Origin: Lysobacteraceae bacterium
Lineage (GTDB): Bacteria > Pseudomonadota > Gammaproteobacteria > Xanthomonadales > Xanthomonadaceae
Assembly (NCBI GenBank): GCA_040079515.1
Contig: JBEBKD010000003.1
Span: 68,165 to 132,164, forward strand
DNA length: 64,000 nt
Reading direction: 5' to 3'
Position numbers and translations under genes: made by a program. The notes under the pieces are model-generated. The model did no database searches. It was not told the origin of the DNA and saw only the letters and a list, made by a program, of their open reading frames with translations. Within the stretch, counting starts at the first letter, position 1; each line of letters begins with the position of its first letter. Of this stretch, positions 27,994-38,075 are shown piece by piece.

Positions 27994-29523
27994 ATGAACG
28001 CTGTGCCTGTCGTCGAAAACAATCGTGTGTCCGAAATCGTGATCGTGGGCGGTGGTACCGCCGGCTGGATGACCGCCGCCGCGCTGTCGAAAGTACTCGG
28101 CCGATCCTATTCGATCCGGCTGGTCGAATCCGACGAGATCGGCATCGTCGGCGTGGGCGAAGCCACGATACCGATGATCAAGCTCTACAACACCGCCCTG
28201 GACCTGGACGAGGCCGAATTCCTCCGCGAGACCAAGGGCTCGTTCAAGCTCGGCATCGAGTTCGTGAACTGGGGCCAGGTCGGCGACAGCTACATCCACG
28301 GCTTCGGCAAGATCGGCCAGGACCTCGGTATGGTCGCGTTCTACCAGTACTGGCTGAAGATGCGCCAGGCGGGCAAGGCCGGCGTGCTCGACGAGTATTC
28401 GATCAACACCGTCGCCGCGCGCCACAACAAATTCATGCATCCGGTCAGCGACCGCCCCAACTCGCCGCTGGCGGACATCGCCTACGCCTATCACTTCGAC
28501 GCCGGCCTCTACGCGCGCTATCTGCGCGGCTTCGCCGAAGCGCGCGGCGTGGTCCGCACCGAAGGCAAGGTGATCGGCGTCGAACAGAATCCCGAAACCG
28601 GCTTCGTCAACGCGATCACGCTCGACAACGGCGAACGCATCCCGGGCCAGCTGTTCGTCGACTGCTCCGGTTTCCGCGGCCTGCTGATCGAGCAGACGCT
28701 CAAGACCGGCTATGTCGACTGGACCCACTGGCTGCCCTGCGACCGCGCTGCGGCGGTGCCGTGCACGCGCACCACGCCGCTCACGCCGTACACGCGCTCG
28801 ACCGCGCGCGACGCCGGCTGGCAGTGGCGGATCCCGCTGCAGCACCGGGTCGGCAACGGCCATGTCTTCAGCAGCCAGTACATCAGCGAGGACGAAGCGG
28901 TCGCGACGCTGATGGCCAATCTCGAAGGCGAGGCGCTGGCCGAACCGCGCGTGCTGCGCTTCGTCACCGGCAAGCGCAAGAAGTTCTGGAACAAGAACGT
29001 GGTCGCCATCGGTCTGGCCAGCGGTTTCATGGAACCGCTGGAATCGACCAGCATCCATCTGATCCAGTCGAGCATCGCGCGACTGACCGCGTTCTTCCCG
29101 CACGCCGGTTTCGACCAGACCGATATCGACGAATTCAATCTGCACGCCGATTTCGAGTTCGACAAGATCCGCGATTTCCTGATCATGCATTACCACGCCA
29201 CCGAGCGCGACGACACGCCGTTCTGGAACTACTGCCGGACGATGGACGTGCCCGAATCGCTGACCCGCAAGATGGAACTGTTCCGCAGCAACGGCCGCAT
29301 CTTCCGCGAATGCAGCGAACTGTTCGCCGAACCCAGCTGGATGCAGGTGATGTACGGCCAGCGGGTGCAACCGCGCTCGTACCACGCGATGGTCGACGTG
29401 TACCCGGAAGAGAAGATCATCGAATACATGGAAGGGATTCGCGGCGTGATCGCCAACTGTACGCGGGTGATGCCCACCCACGAGGAATTCATCGCCAAGC
29501 ACTGCGCCGCCAAGCCGATGTGA
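27994..29523 (+). CDS. Flavin-dependent tryptophan halogenase family protein
   Basis: IVIVGGGTAGW FAD motif, IGVGEAT, SFKLGIEF (catalytic Lys position), GWQWRIPL (WxWxIP) and FMEPLEST. Start uncertain (27979-28027). Confidence 0.9.
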   Translation: MNAVPVVENNRVSEIVIVGGGTAGWMTAAALSKVLGRSYSIRLVESDEIGIVGVGEATIPMIKLYNTALDLDEAEFLRETKGSFKLGIEFVNWGQVGDSYIHGFGKIGQDLGMVAFYQYWLKMRQAGKAGVLDEYSINTVAARHNKFMHPVSDRPNSPLADIAYAYHFDAGLYARYLRGFAEARGVVRTEGKVIGVEQNPETGFVNAITLDNGERIPGQLFVDCSGFRGLLIEQTLKTGYVDWTHWLPCDRAAAVPCTRTTPLTPYTRSTARDAGWQWRIPLQHRVGNGHVFSSQYISEDEAVATLMANLEGEALAEPRVLRFVTGKRKKFWNKNVVAIGLASGFMEPLESTSIHLIQSSIARLTAFFPHAGFDQTDIDEFNLHADFEFDKIRDFLIMHYHATERDDTPFWNYCRTMDVPESLTRKMELFRSNGRIFRECSELFAEPSWMQVMYGQRVQPRSYHAMVDVYPEEKIIEYMEGIRGVIANCTRVMPTHEEFIAKHCAAKPM

Positions 29524-29618
29524 TCCTCCGCAATTGCATTCGTGCTGCATGCTGGTGCGCAACCGCCTTGCGGGCCCGGAAGCGCGACGATGCCACGCTC
29601 CCGAGGGCATCGTGCGCT

Positions 29619-29632
29619 TGAATACGTTTGCA
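29619..29632. promoter_or_regulatory. LacI-type operator (TGAATACGTTTGCA)
   Basis: 13/14 match to the TGAATACGTATGCA core; ~125 bp upstream of the MFS gene. Confidence 0.65.
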
Positions 29633-29756
29633 GTCGATAATGCTGCGTTGCAACGTGCCGTGCGCGATGCGCACGTGCATCGTTAGCCGCGTACGATCGC
29701 GCTGCAACACCGCACACAGCGCATCACCACGCACGCTTTCATACAAAGGCATCACG

Positions 29757-31157
29757 ATGAACCCAGGCACGACGAATCGGAAACCGCAGCTGTCGTTCTG
29801 GCAGATCTGGAACATGTCGTTCGGCTTCCTGGGCATCCAGTTCGGCTTCGCGCTGCAGGGCGGCTTCATGTCGCGCATCTTCCAGACCCTCGGCGCCGAG
29901 AAGGACGCGCTGCCGATGCTGTGGATCGCCGCGCCGCTGACCGGGCTGCTGGTGCAGCCGGTGATCGGTTACTTCAGCGACCGCACCTGGCATCCGGTGC
30001 TGGGCAGGCGCCGACCGTATTTCCTGATCGGCGCGATCCTCGCCTCGGTCGCCCTGGTCTTCATGCCGCACTCGTCCGCACTGTGGATGGCGGTGGGTCT
30101 GCTCTGGGTGCTGGACGCCTCGATCAACATCAGCATGGAACCGTTCCGCGCGCTGGTCGCCGACAAGCTGCCGGACAATCAGCGCTCCTACGGCTTCGTG
30201 CTGCAAACGCTGATCATCGGCATCGGCACCTGGGTGGCGAGCAATCTGCCGTGGTTCGTCAACCAGCTCGGCGTCTCCAACGAGGCCGGCCCGGGTGTGG
30301 TGCCGCTGTCGGTGAAGGTCGCGTTCGCGGTCGGCGCGTTCGTCTTCCTGGCCAGCATCCTGGTGACCGTGTTCACCACGAAGGAATATCCGCCCGAAGA
30401 CCTCGCTCGCTTCGCCGAAGAGAAGAAATCCTCCGGCAACTTCATCGGCGAGATCGTCCACAACATCCTGCACATGCCCCGGCAGATGCTGAGCATCGGC
30501 GTGGTGCAGTTCTTCAGCTGGTTGTCGTTCTTCAGCATGTGGAGCATGGCCACGCCGGCGTTGACCGAACACGTGTTCAAGGCCCCGGCACCCGACACGA
30601 AAGCGTTCGACATGGCGATCCCTGCGCAGGCCGAGGCCTTCCAGTCGGCGAACGCCGCCTATCAGAACGCGGCGGATCTGGTCGGTTCGTACATGGGCTA
30701 TTACGGGCTGTCGTCGATGGTGGTGGCACTGCTGCTGAGCTTCTACGCCGCGCGCTTCGTGCTCAATCGCAAGCTGGTGCACTTCGTTTCGCTGTTGCTG
30801 GGCGGCCTCGGCTTCCTGTCGATGGCGTATGTGCCGTCGCCGCACTATCTGGTCCTGTCGTTCGCGCTGGTCGGCGTGTCGTGGGCCAGCATCCTGTCGA
30901 TGCCGTACGCGCTGCTGGCGTCGTGCGTCGAAGAGAAAAAGATGGGCCTGTACATGGGCATCTTCAACATGTTCATCGTGATTCCGCAGATCGTCGCCGC
31001 GACGCTGCTGGGGCCCACGCTGAAGGCAGTCTTCGACAACCAGCCGATCTACGCGCTGATGATCAGCGGTGGCAGTCTGATCGTTGGTGCGCTGTGCCTG
31101 GTGCTGGTGCGCGAACCGAAGATCGCGCACATCGGCGCAGTCTCCGCAGCGCATTGA
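29757..31157 (+). CDS. MFS sugar transporter, SLC45/sucrose-maltose type (466 aa)
   Basis: LSFWQIWNMSFGFLGIQ, QPVIGYFSDRT, GRRRPY, DASINISMEPFRAL and GLYMGIFNMFIVIPQ motifs. Confidence 0.9.
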   Translation: MNPGTTNRKPQLSFWQIWNMSFGFLGIQFGFALQGGFMSRIFQTLGAEKDALPMLWIAAPLTGLLVQPVIGYFSDRTWHPVLGRRRPYFLIGAILASVALVFMPHSSALWMAVGLLWVLDASINISMEPFRALVADKLPDNQRSYGFVLQTLIIGIGTWVASNLPWFVNQLGVSNEAGPGVVPLSVKVAFAVGAFVFLASILVTVFTTKEYPPEDLARFAEEKKSSGNFIGEIVHNILHMPRQMLSIGVVQFFSWLSFFSMWSMATPALTEHVFKAPAPDTKAFDMAIPAQAEAFQSANAAYQNAADLVGSYMGYYGLSSMVVALLLSFYAARFVLNRKLVHFVSLLLGGLGFLSMAYVPSPHYLVLSFALVGVSWASILSMPYALLASCVEEKKMGLYMGIFNMFIVIPQIVAATLLGPTLKAVFDNQPIYALMISGGSLIVGALCLVLVREPKIAHIGAVSAAH

Positions 31158-31181
31158 CGTCCCGCTCTTGTAGGCGCGCTG

Positions 31182-31258
31182 TTGTAGGAGCGACGGAAGT
31201 CGCGACCGCTTTCCGATAGTCGTTCGGCGGTCCATCGCGACTTCCGTCGCTCCTACAA
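31182..31258. repeat. GTAG-type REP doublet, 24-bp perfect inverted repeat
   Basis: TTGTAGGAGCGACGGAAGTCGCGA (31182-31205) and TCGCGACTTCCGTCGCTCCTACAA (31235-31258); between convergent genes. Confidence 0.85.
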
Positions 31259-31275
31259 GAGATATTGCCGGCGTC

Positions 31276-32313
31276 TCAACCCGCCGCCCCGCTCGACCGC
31301 CGCACCACCAGCGTCGCCGGCAGCATCTTGCTTTCCGCCGGCTGTTCGTGGACGCGCTTGAGCAGGGTTTCGACCAGCAGTTCGCCAGCGCTGGCGGTGT
31401 CCTGATACACGGTGGTCAACGGTGGATTGCAGAACCGCGACATCGCGATATCGTCGAAGCCCACCACCGCGATGTCCTCGGGCACGCGCAGACCGTGTTC
31501 GATGAGCGCACGCAGCGCACCGATCGCGATCAGGTCGCTGGCCGCGAACACCGCGTCGAACAGCACCCCACGGCCGAGCAGCGCCTTGGCGGCTTCGTAG
31601 CCTTCCTCTTCCGAACTCAGCGCGTCGACCTGCAGCGCGGATTCGGCCGGGATGCCGGCTTCGCGCTGCACCACCTCGCAGCCGCGGTAGCGCTCCCAGA
31701 ATTCCGGGTAGTGGCCCGATGCGTCGCCGAGGAAGGCGATGCGCTTTCGGCCGAGGCCGAGCAGGTGCTCGCCGACCAGGCGCCCTCCGGCAAAGTTGTC
31801 GCAGCCGATCGACACGCCCGGCTGACCCGGCAACACCGCACCCCAGCGCACGAAATGGGTGCCCTGCTCGACCAGCTTCTCGAGTTTGGGCCGGTAATCG
31901 ACATAGTCGCCGTAGCCGAGCAGGATCAGGCCGTCGGCCTTCATGCTGTCCTCGTAGTCCGCGTGCCAATCGTCCGACAGCTGCTGGAACGACACCAGCA
32001 GATCGTGGTTGTGGCGGGCGCAGGCGCGGGTGATCGAACCCAGCATCGACAGGAAGAACGGATTGATCTGCGAACCGTCTTCGGTCGGGTCCTCGAACAG
32101 CAGCAGCGCCAGCGTGCCGGCACGCTGGGTGCGCAGGCTGGAGGCACGGCGGTCGACCTTGTAGTTCAGCTCCTGCACCGCATCCAGTACCCGCTTGCGG
32201 GTATCGGCATTCACCAGCGGGCTGCCGCGCAGCACGCGCGAGACGGTGGCCTGCGAGACCCCGGCGCGGTGGGCGATATCGACCGAGGTAGCCTTGGTTT
32301 TGCGAAGCGACAT
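31276..32313 (-). CDS. LacI-family transcriptional regulator (MalR/MalI-like, 345 aa)
   Basis: ATSVDIAHRAGVSQATVSRVL HTH; DGLIL, GCDNFAGG, FAASDLIAIG and VVGFDD sugar-binding domain motifs. Confidence 0.95.
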   Translation of the reverse strand: MSLRKTKATSVDIAHRAGVSQATVSRVLRGSPLVNADTRKRVLDAVQELNYKVDRRASSLRTQRAGTLALLLFEDPTEDGSQINPFFLSMLGSITRACARHNHDLLVSFQQLSDDWHADYEDSMKADGLILLGYGDYVDYRPKLEKLVEQGTHFVRWGAVLPGQPGVSIGCDNFAGGRLVGEHLLGLGRKRIAFLGDASGHYPEFWERYRGCEVVQREAGIPAESALQVDALSSEEEGYEAAKALLGRGVLFDAVFAASDLIAIGALRALIEHGLRVPEDIAVVGFDDIAMSRFCNPPLTTVYQDTASAGELLVETLLKRVHEQPAESKMLPATLVVRRSSGAAG

Positions 32314-32401
32314 GAGCGGGTCCGTCAGGTGCAGGCCTGAAGTGTAGAACCTTGGCTGCCATCCCGCACCGCCAGCGCCCGGGACGGGAGCTGCACCGCA
32401 C

Positions 32402-33850
32402 TCAATGCCCGGTGGGCGCGCCCTCGACCACATTGCGACGCGGCCCCTGCTTCACCGCCAGCCAAGCCACCGCCGACAGCGCCATGCAGACGCCGCCGAT
32501 CGCGAACACAAGCGCCTTGTTCTCCAGCTGCGACAGCAGATAGCCCACGCCCAGGCTCACCGCCAGCTGCGGCAGGACCACGCTGAGATTGAACACGCCC
32601 ATGTACAGGCCGATCCGCGCCGGCGACACGCTCTGCGAGAAGATCGCGAACGGCAGACTGACGATCGCGCCCCAGCCCAGACCGATGATCGCCATGCCGA
32701 GGTACATCATCGGCGCGCTGTGCACGAACAGATAGACGAAGCCGAAACCCAGCGCCATCAACAGCAGACTCACCGCATGCACGCGCACTTCGCGGAAGCG
32801 CTGCGCCAGCGGATTCAGCACCAGCGCCGGCACCACCGCCGCGACCGCGTTCAGCGACAGGAAGCTGAAGGACATCAGCTGTCCGGTGGCCTTGTCGTCG
32901 AGCTGCGGGAAGCGCTGCTGCACGAAACCGATGATGAACACGAACAGCGTCTGCATGCCGAACCAGCTGATCGCATGCGCCGCCAGCACTTTGCGGAAGC
33001 CGGCGAGATCTTCATGGCCGTCGAGCGTCTGCCGCTCGGTCAACGCATGCGCGATCAAGACCAGCGCCAGCGCACCGAACACCACTTCCAGCCACAGACT
33101 ATGGGTGTGGTAACCCGCCATTTTCAGACCCATCGCGATCAACGCGTATACCGCGAACGCCCACAGCGGGCGCATCAGCATCAACAGCGCACCGACACCG
33201 AGCTTCTGGGCCGACGCGGCGGTTTCGGTATGCGCCAGCACGCGCGGTTCTTCGACCAGCAGCGCGGGCACGATCGAGAACACCAGCGCCAGACCGGCGC
33301 CGAAATAGATCAATGCGATGTTGCCGTAGATCGCACCGATGGCATACGCGAGCACGCCGAAGGTGCCGGATACCGTCTGCATCCACGTATAGCCTGCGGT
33401 GCGCTTCGCGCCTTCTGGCGTGACGTCGGTGATGATCGAACGGGTCGGGTTGAAGCCGAGATTGATCGAGAGATCCAGGGCCAGCGCAACCGCGACCGCG
33501 ACACCGAGAATCGCGTCTAGGCCGAGTGCATGATTGATCGCCCCGATCGAAGGCAGCGCCAGCAGCATCGCCGCAGTCAGCACACCGCCGACCAGGATGA
33601 ACGGGCGCCGCCGCCCGCCCCACAGCCACACGCCATCGCTGATGATGCCGATGATGACCTGACCGAGAATGCCCGCCAGCGGCCCCGCCGCCCAGACGAT
33701 GCCGATCTCGTCCAGCTTCAACCCGTACTTCGTCGACATCAGCCAGCTCAGCGCCGAAATCTGCACCGCCAGCGCGAACCCCATCGCCGTCGACGGCAGA
33801 CTCAGCAACATCAGGAACGGCAGCGACAGTCGTTGTTGCATCCGCAGCAT
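32402..33850 (-). CDS. MFS sugar transporter, second SLC45-like paralogue
   Basis: GIISDGVWLWGGRRRPF, DLSINLGFNPTRS and GLYMGVFNLSVVLPQ motifs; about 12 hydrophobic segments. Confidence 0.88.
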   Translation of the reverse strand: MLRMQQRLSLPFLMLLSLPSTAMGFALAVQISALSWLMSTKYGLKLDEIGIVWAAGPLAGILGQVIIGIISDGVWLWGGRRRPFILVGGVLTAAMLLALPSIGAINHALGLDAILGVAVAVALALDLSINLGFNPTRSIITDVTPEGAKRTAGYTWMQTVSGTFGVLAYAIGAIYGNIALIYFGAGLALVFSIVPALLVEEPRVLAHTETAASAQKLGVGALLMLMRPLWAFAVYALIAMGLKMAGYHTHSLWLEVVFGALALVLIAHALTERQTLDGHEDLAGFRKVLAAHAISWFGMQTLFVFIIGFVQQRFPQLDDKATGQLMSFSFLSLNAVAAVVPALVLNPLAQRFREVRVHAVSLLLMALGFGFVYLFVHSAPMMYLGMAIIGLGWGAIVSLPFAIFSQSVSPARIGLYMGVFNLSVVLPQLAVSLGVGYLLSQLENKALVFAIGGVCMALSAVAWLAVKQGPRRNVVEGAPTGH

Positions 33851-33905
33851 GGGCGGTCCTCCCCGGGTGGTGGGGCAGCATAGCGTGTCGGTTTACGCGA
33901 TGCGG

Positions 33906-33919
33906 TGAATACGGTTGCT
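33906..33919. promoter_or_regulatory. Weaker LacI-type operator (TGAATACGGTTGCT)
   Basis: 11/14 match to the core; ~55 bp upstream of the second MFS-LacI transcription unit. Confidence 0.45.
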
Positions 33920-33997
33920 GTTGCGACGCAACATGCCGATGGCGATTCGCAGGAACCAACATGTATTCATCGATGCCGCGTGAAGTGCGCTGCAAAG

Positions 33998-34033
33998 AAA
34001 AGGCCCTTGCCCGGGGGGAACCGGACAAGGGCC
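33998..34033 (-). terminator. Intrinsic terminator of the TonB receptor gene
   Basis: GGCCCTTG (34002-34009) pairs with CAAGGGCC (34026-34033); T run follows on the minus strand. Confidence 0.7.
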
Positions 34034-34069
34034 AAATGCTCGCCTGTTGAGAGCGGTATTGCTTGGAAC

Positions 34070-36793
34070 TCAGTAGCGGTAGTTCACGCCGAACAGATAG
34101 GTACGGCCGTATTCGAAGTACTCGCGCGGCTGGGCGTTGTTGCCGCCGAAGGACGAGCGGAACGGCTCGTTCTCGAGGTTGTTGACCTGCAGCAGGAACG
34201 ACAGATCCTTCAACATACCCGACTGGATGCTGTAGCCCAGCTGCAGATCGGTCACCGTCTCGCCTTCGAAGGTGCGACGGGTACGATCGCCGCCGAAGCC
34301 CTGCACCTCACCCACGAACTGCGAGCGGTGACGCTGGCTGACGCGGGCCGAGAAGCCGAAGCGCTCGTAGTAGGCGGTGATGTTCGACACGTACTTCGAC
34401 AGACCCGGCAGCGGTTCGTTCGGAGAGTTCGGGCCCAGCGGCTGGACGCTGCTGGTGGTGTCCGAATAGTTCGCCTGGATACCGAAGCCCATCAGCGGCT
34501 CCCACAGCACGTCGAGCGGCACGGAGGCTGCAAGCTCAAAGCCCTTGACGGTACCGCCATTGCCGTTCACCGGACGGGTGTACACACCGACCGGATTCGG
34601 CGGCGGGTTCGCGGGATAGTCCGCCGGCTTCACCACCGTGTCGTTGATGTTGAACAGCGTGCTTTCGTTGTAGATGTAGGTCTTCAGATCCTTGAAGAAA
34701 TACGCGGCGCTGACATAGGCCTTGTTGCCGCCGAAATACTTCTCGTAGGACACGTCGTACGCGTTCGCTTCCCACGGCTTCAACCGGGAGTTGCCGCCGT
34801 CGCGCGTCCACCAAGGGATGCGATTGCCAGTAATCGGATCGATGGGATTGACGGCACCCGTGATCGGGTTGGTGGCACGGTTGCGGTCGACACTGACGTT
34901 GTTGTTGACGCGCAGGTCGTCCATGCGCGGACGCGCGACCTGCTTGCCGGCACCGATGCGGACGTACTGGTCCCACGGCAGTCCGAACGACAGGTTCAGG
35001 CTGGGCATGAAATCCGTGTAGTTGGCACCATCATCGACACTGCGGCCGAGCGGGTTGCCTTCGAAGCTCTCGTTGCCTTTCGAGCTCTGATCGACACTCA
35101 CGGCCTGGATGCCGATATTGCCCTTGACCGGTATCGGACCGAGATCGGTGTTGACGTTGGCCTGGAAGTACGCGGTCGTGACCTGCTCGTTCACTTCCCA
35201 GTTCTTGTTGGTGATGTCTTTATTGTCGTTGCGACGACGCGTGTACAGCGTCTCGTAGGCGCGCAGCGCGTCGTAACCGTAGATCGAGGACACGCCGTAG
35301 GCGTTGAACGCCGAGGTGGTCGCAAGGCTGGTCGGGATCGGCGCGGAAATGCCGTCCGGGCAGCTCGGCGACACGCCACCGAGACAGGCGGTCAGATCGA
35401 GGAAGGCTTCGTTCGAGGCGCGGCTCTTGGTGCGGTCGGTCAGGTTGGCGCCGAATTCGACGCTGCTGAACCAACCGTCGTCGAAGGTGCGCTCGAAGTC
35501 GAAGCGCAGCGACGTGAGGCTGTCCTTGACTTCGAAGTCCTTGATATAGCCGTCCTGACCCCAACCGCCGGCATCGCCCAGGCGGAGAATGCTGGCATCG
35601 CCGTAGTCGTAGCCGAAATCGTGGTCGAAGTAGCCATTGCTGTTGAAGTCGACCGTGAGCGAATCGCGCGGGCGGCCCGGAGCGACACCGGCATAGGTTT
35701 CCAGGATGCGTTCTTTGCGGGTCGCATCGGAGTAGCTGATATCGGCCGAGGCGGTCCAATGCGGGCTGAGCGTCAGCTCGTGCTTCCAGCCGATCGCGAA
35801 CAGGTCGTCGTAGGTCGCATTGAAATCGTTGCGGACCACCGGATTGATGCCGCCGGTGAACACCGCATGCGAAGGCGTGTTGCCGGCCGCAGCGGTACCG
35901 CCGAAGGCGGCGGCGAATTCCATGCCGCGCTTCTGCTCTTCGCGGTCGAACTTGGAGTAGAACACGTCGATCACGGTGCGGTAGCTGTCGTTCGGAGCGA
36001 ACTCGAGCACGCCCATGAAACCGTCGCGCTGGTTGTCGTTCTCCAGGTCGTACAGCTTGCCGCCGCCGTAGATGCCGCCGCCGTCGTATCCCCAGGTATC
36101 GCCGAACTGCTTGGCCTGACCCGGATTGTTCAGATGCGCATAACCCAGCGCGATACCGACGGTGTTGTCGGCGAACTGGTCGATGTAAGAGACGCTGAAG
36201 CGGTGACCGTTTTCTTTTTCGTCGCCAACCTTGTTCTGGTCGGCGCGCAGGTTGGCGGCGAAGGCGCGCTTGCCGTAGGCGAGCGGGCGGATGGTCTTGA
36301 GGTCGACAGTGCCGGACAGGCCCTGGCCGACCAGCTGCGCGTCTACGGTCTTGTAGACCAGCACCTGGCTGACGAGTTCGGACGGGTACTGGTCGAATTC
36401 GACGCCGCGATTGTTGCCGAGGCTGACCTGCTCACGACCGTTCAAGGTGGTGGTCGAGAAGTCGCCTGCGAAACCGCGGATGTTGACTTCCTGCGGACGT
36501 CCGCCGAAACGCTGCGCGGTCAGGCCGGGCAGACGCGCCAGGGAGTCGGCGATCGAGGTGTCGGGCAGCTTGCCGATGTCTTCGGACGAAATCGCCTCGA
36601 CGATCGAGGTCGACGCCTGTTTGGCATCGATGGATTCCTGGATGCTGCGACGGATACCGACGACTTCGAGGGTATCGAGGTCTTCGGCTTGTGCTTGGTT
36701 CTGTTCGGCCGTCTGGGCATAGGCGGTGCCGACCATCATCAGCGTGGCGGACGCCAACGCCGTACTCAACAGGTTTCGCTTCAAAGGCTGCAT
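34070..36793 (-). CDS. TonB-dependent receptor (maltodextrin-type, MalA-like; 907 aa)
   Basis: GGAGG RBS; signal peptide; TonB-box-like DTLEVVG; plug EDIGKLPDTSIADSLARLPG; C-terminal aromatic residue (GVNYRY). Substrate inferred from neighbours. Confidence 0.92.
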   Translation of the reverse strand: MQPLKRNLLSTALASATLMMVGTAYAQTAEQNQAQAEDLDTLEVVGIRRSIQESIDAKQASTSIVEAISSEDIGKLPDTSIADSLARLPGLTAQRFGGRPQEVNIRGFAGDFSTTTLNGREQVSLGNNRGVEFDQYPSELVSQVLVYKTVDAQLVGQGLSGTVDLKTIRPLAYGKRAFAANLRADQNKVGDEKENGHRFSVSYIDQFADNTVGIALGYAHLNNPGQAKQFGDTWGYDGGGIYGGGKLYDLENDNQRDGFMGVLEFAPNDSYRTVIDVFYSKFDREEQKRGMEFAAAFGGTAAAGNTPSHAVFTGGINPVVRNDFNATYDDLFAIGWKHELTLSPHWTASADISYSDATRKERILETYAGVAPGRPRDSLTVDFNSNGYFDHDFGYDYGDASILRLGDAGGWGQDGYIKDFEVKDSLTSLRFDFERTFDDGWFSSVEFGANLTDRTKSRASNEAFLDLTACLGGVSPSCPDGISAPIPTSLATTSAFNAYGVSSIYGYDALRAYETLYTRRRNDNKDITNKNWEVNEQVTTAYFQANVNTDLGPIPVKGNIGIQAVSVDQSSKGNESFEGNPLGRSVDDGANYTDFMPSLNLSFGLPWDQYVRIGAGKQVARPRMDDLRVNNNVSVDRNRATNPITGAVNPIDPITGNRIPWWTRDGGNSRLKPWEANAYDVSYEKYFGGNKAYVSAAYFFKDLKTYIYNESTLFNINDTVVKPADYPANPPPNPVGVYTRPVNGNGGTVKGFELAASVPLDVLWEPLMGFGIQANYSDTTSSVQPLGPNSPNEPLPGLSKYVSNITAYYERFGFSARVSQRHRSQFVGEVQGFGGDRTRRTFEGETVTDLQLGYSIQSGMLKDLSFLLQVNNLENEPFRSSFGGNNAQPREYFEYGRTYLFGVNYRY

Positions 36794-36947
36794 GGATCCC
36801 CTCCACATCAGCTGGAATTCGTTAGCGGGCCCGTGCGCGAACCCGCGTCAGACGCGAGGGTTCCGCAGTTCCCGGCATGTCCGGCGTCCAGCCTGTCCCC
36901 GGCATGCCCGGCGATGGTAGTCGGTGACCGGGGAACAGACAGTGCCC

Positions 36948-36964
36948 TGCATACGTATTCATGC
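36948..36964. promoter_or_regulatory. LacI-type operator (TGCATACGTATTCATGC)
   Basis: Exact reverse complement of 27881-27897; ~155 bp upstream of the TBDR start. Confidence 0.75.
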
Positions 36965-37111
36965 AAAATCCCGGTCAAATCAGGGTCATGGAAGCGTTTT
37001 TGTCGTGAAACAACACGCTTGTACAGGTTAGGCTGGACGGTTGTTGCGGTGCAGCAATACGCTGGTCGCGTTTGGCGTCTGCTCGAACCCAGCCGCGCCG
37101 CGCGGACCAGG

Positions 37112-38011
37112 TCAGGCCTTTTGCCACAGCGCCACGGCCAGACCCACGAATACCGCCATACCGACCCAATGGTTGTTGAGGAATGCGCGGAAACACCCGT
37201 CGCGTTCCCGGTCCCGACCGATGGAAAACTGGTAGGCCACCAGCGCCAGCGCGACCACCAACCCCGCCCAGTACGCCATCCCCAACTCGGCTTGGCGGCC
37301 GATCAGGCCCAGCCCGGCGAAGAACAGCACGTACAGCACACCGAGTGCGACCAGATCGAGGTCGCCGAACAGGATCGCGGTGGATTTGGCGCCGGCGCGC
37401 AGGTCGTCCTCGCGGTCGACCATCGCGTACCAGGTGTCGTAACCGGTGGTCCAGAAGATATTGGCCACGTACAACACCCAGGCCAGCGGCGGCACCTCGC
37501 CGCGGATGGCCGCGAACGCCATCGGAATACCCCAGCCGAACGCCAGGCCCAGATAGACTTGCGGCAGATAGGTATGACGCTTGAGATAGGGGTAACTGGC
37601 CGCCAGCGCCACGCCCACGCCACTCATCCATATGGTCAGGCGGTTCATCGTCAGCACCAGCGCGAACGCGACCAGCATCAGCACCGCGAACACCGCCAGC
37701 GCCTCGCGCCCGCGCACCGCCCCGGTCGCCAGCGGCCGGCCCCTGGTGCGTTCGACCAGCGGATCGAGCCAGCGATCGGCGTAGTCGTTGATCACGCAGC
37801 CCGCCGAGCGGGTCAGCCATACACCGAGAGAGAACACGACCAGCGTCCACCACGGCGGCACGCCGCCTGCGGCCAGCCACAGACCCCACCATGTCGGCCA
37901 CAGCAGCAGCAGCCAGCCGATCGGACGATCACCGCGCACGAGCTTCCAATACACGGCCAGGCGTTCGCGCCAGACAGGGATTTCAGCGGATTTGACGGGA
38001 ATTTCGCTCAT
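37112..38011 (-). CDS. ubiA: 4-hydroxybenzoate octaprenyltransferase
   Basis: [37 protein letters not shown] and [13 protein letters not shown] Asp-rich motifs. Confidence 0.96.
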   Translation of the reverse strand: MSEIPVKSAEIPVWRERLAVYWKLVRGDRPIGWLLLLWPTWWGLWLAAGGVPPWWTLVVFSLGVWLTRSAGCVINDYADRWLDPLVERTRGRPLATGAVRGREALAVFAVLMLVAFALVLTMNRLTIWMSGVGVALAASYPYLKRHTYLPQVYLGLAFGWGIPMAFAAIRGEVPPLAWVLYVANIFWTTGYDTWYAMVDREDDLRAGAKSTAILFGDLDLVALGVLYVLFFAGLGLIGRQAELGMAYWAGLVVALALVAYQFSIGRDRERDGCFRAFLNNHWVGMAVFVGLAVALWQKA

Positions 38012-38075
38012 CGTTCTGGAATCGCATCACGGCGGGCTCGCACCAACCGGCCCAATCGGGGACAATAGGCGTCAC

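Noticed and set aside
36871-36912. Direct repeat CCCGGCATG(T/C)CCGGC in the TBDR leader
   Set aside because: GC-rich 15-mers, only two copies, no known regulator; could be chance or simple mRNA hairpins.
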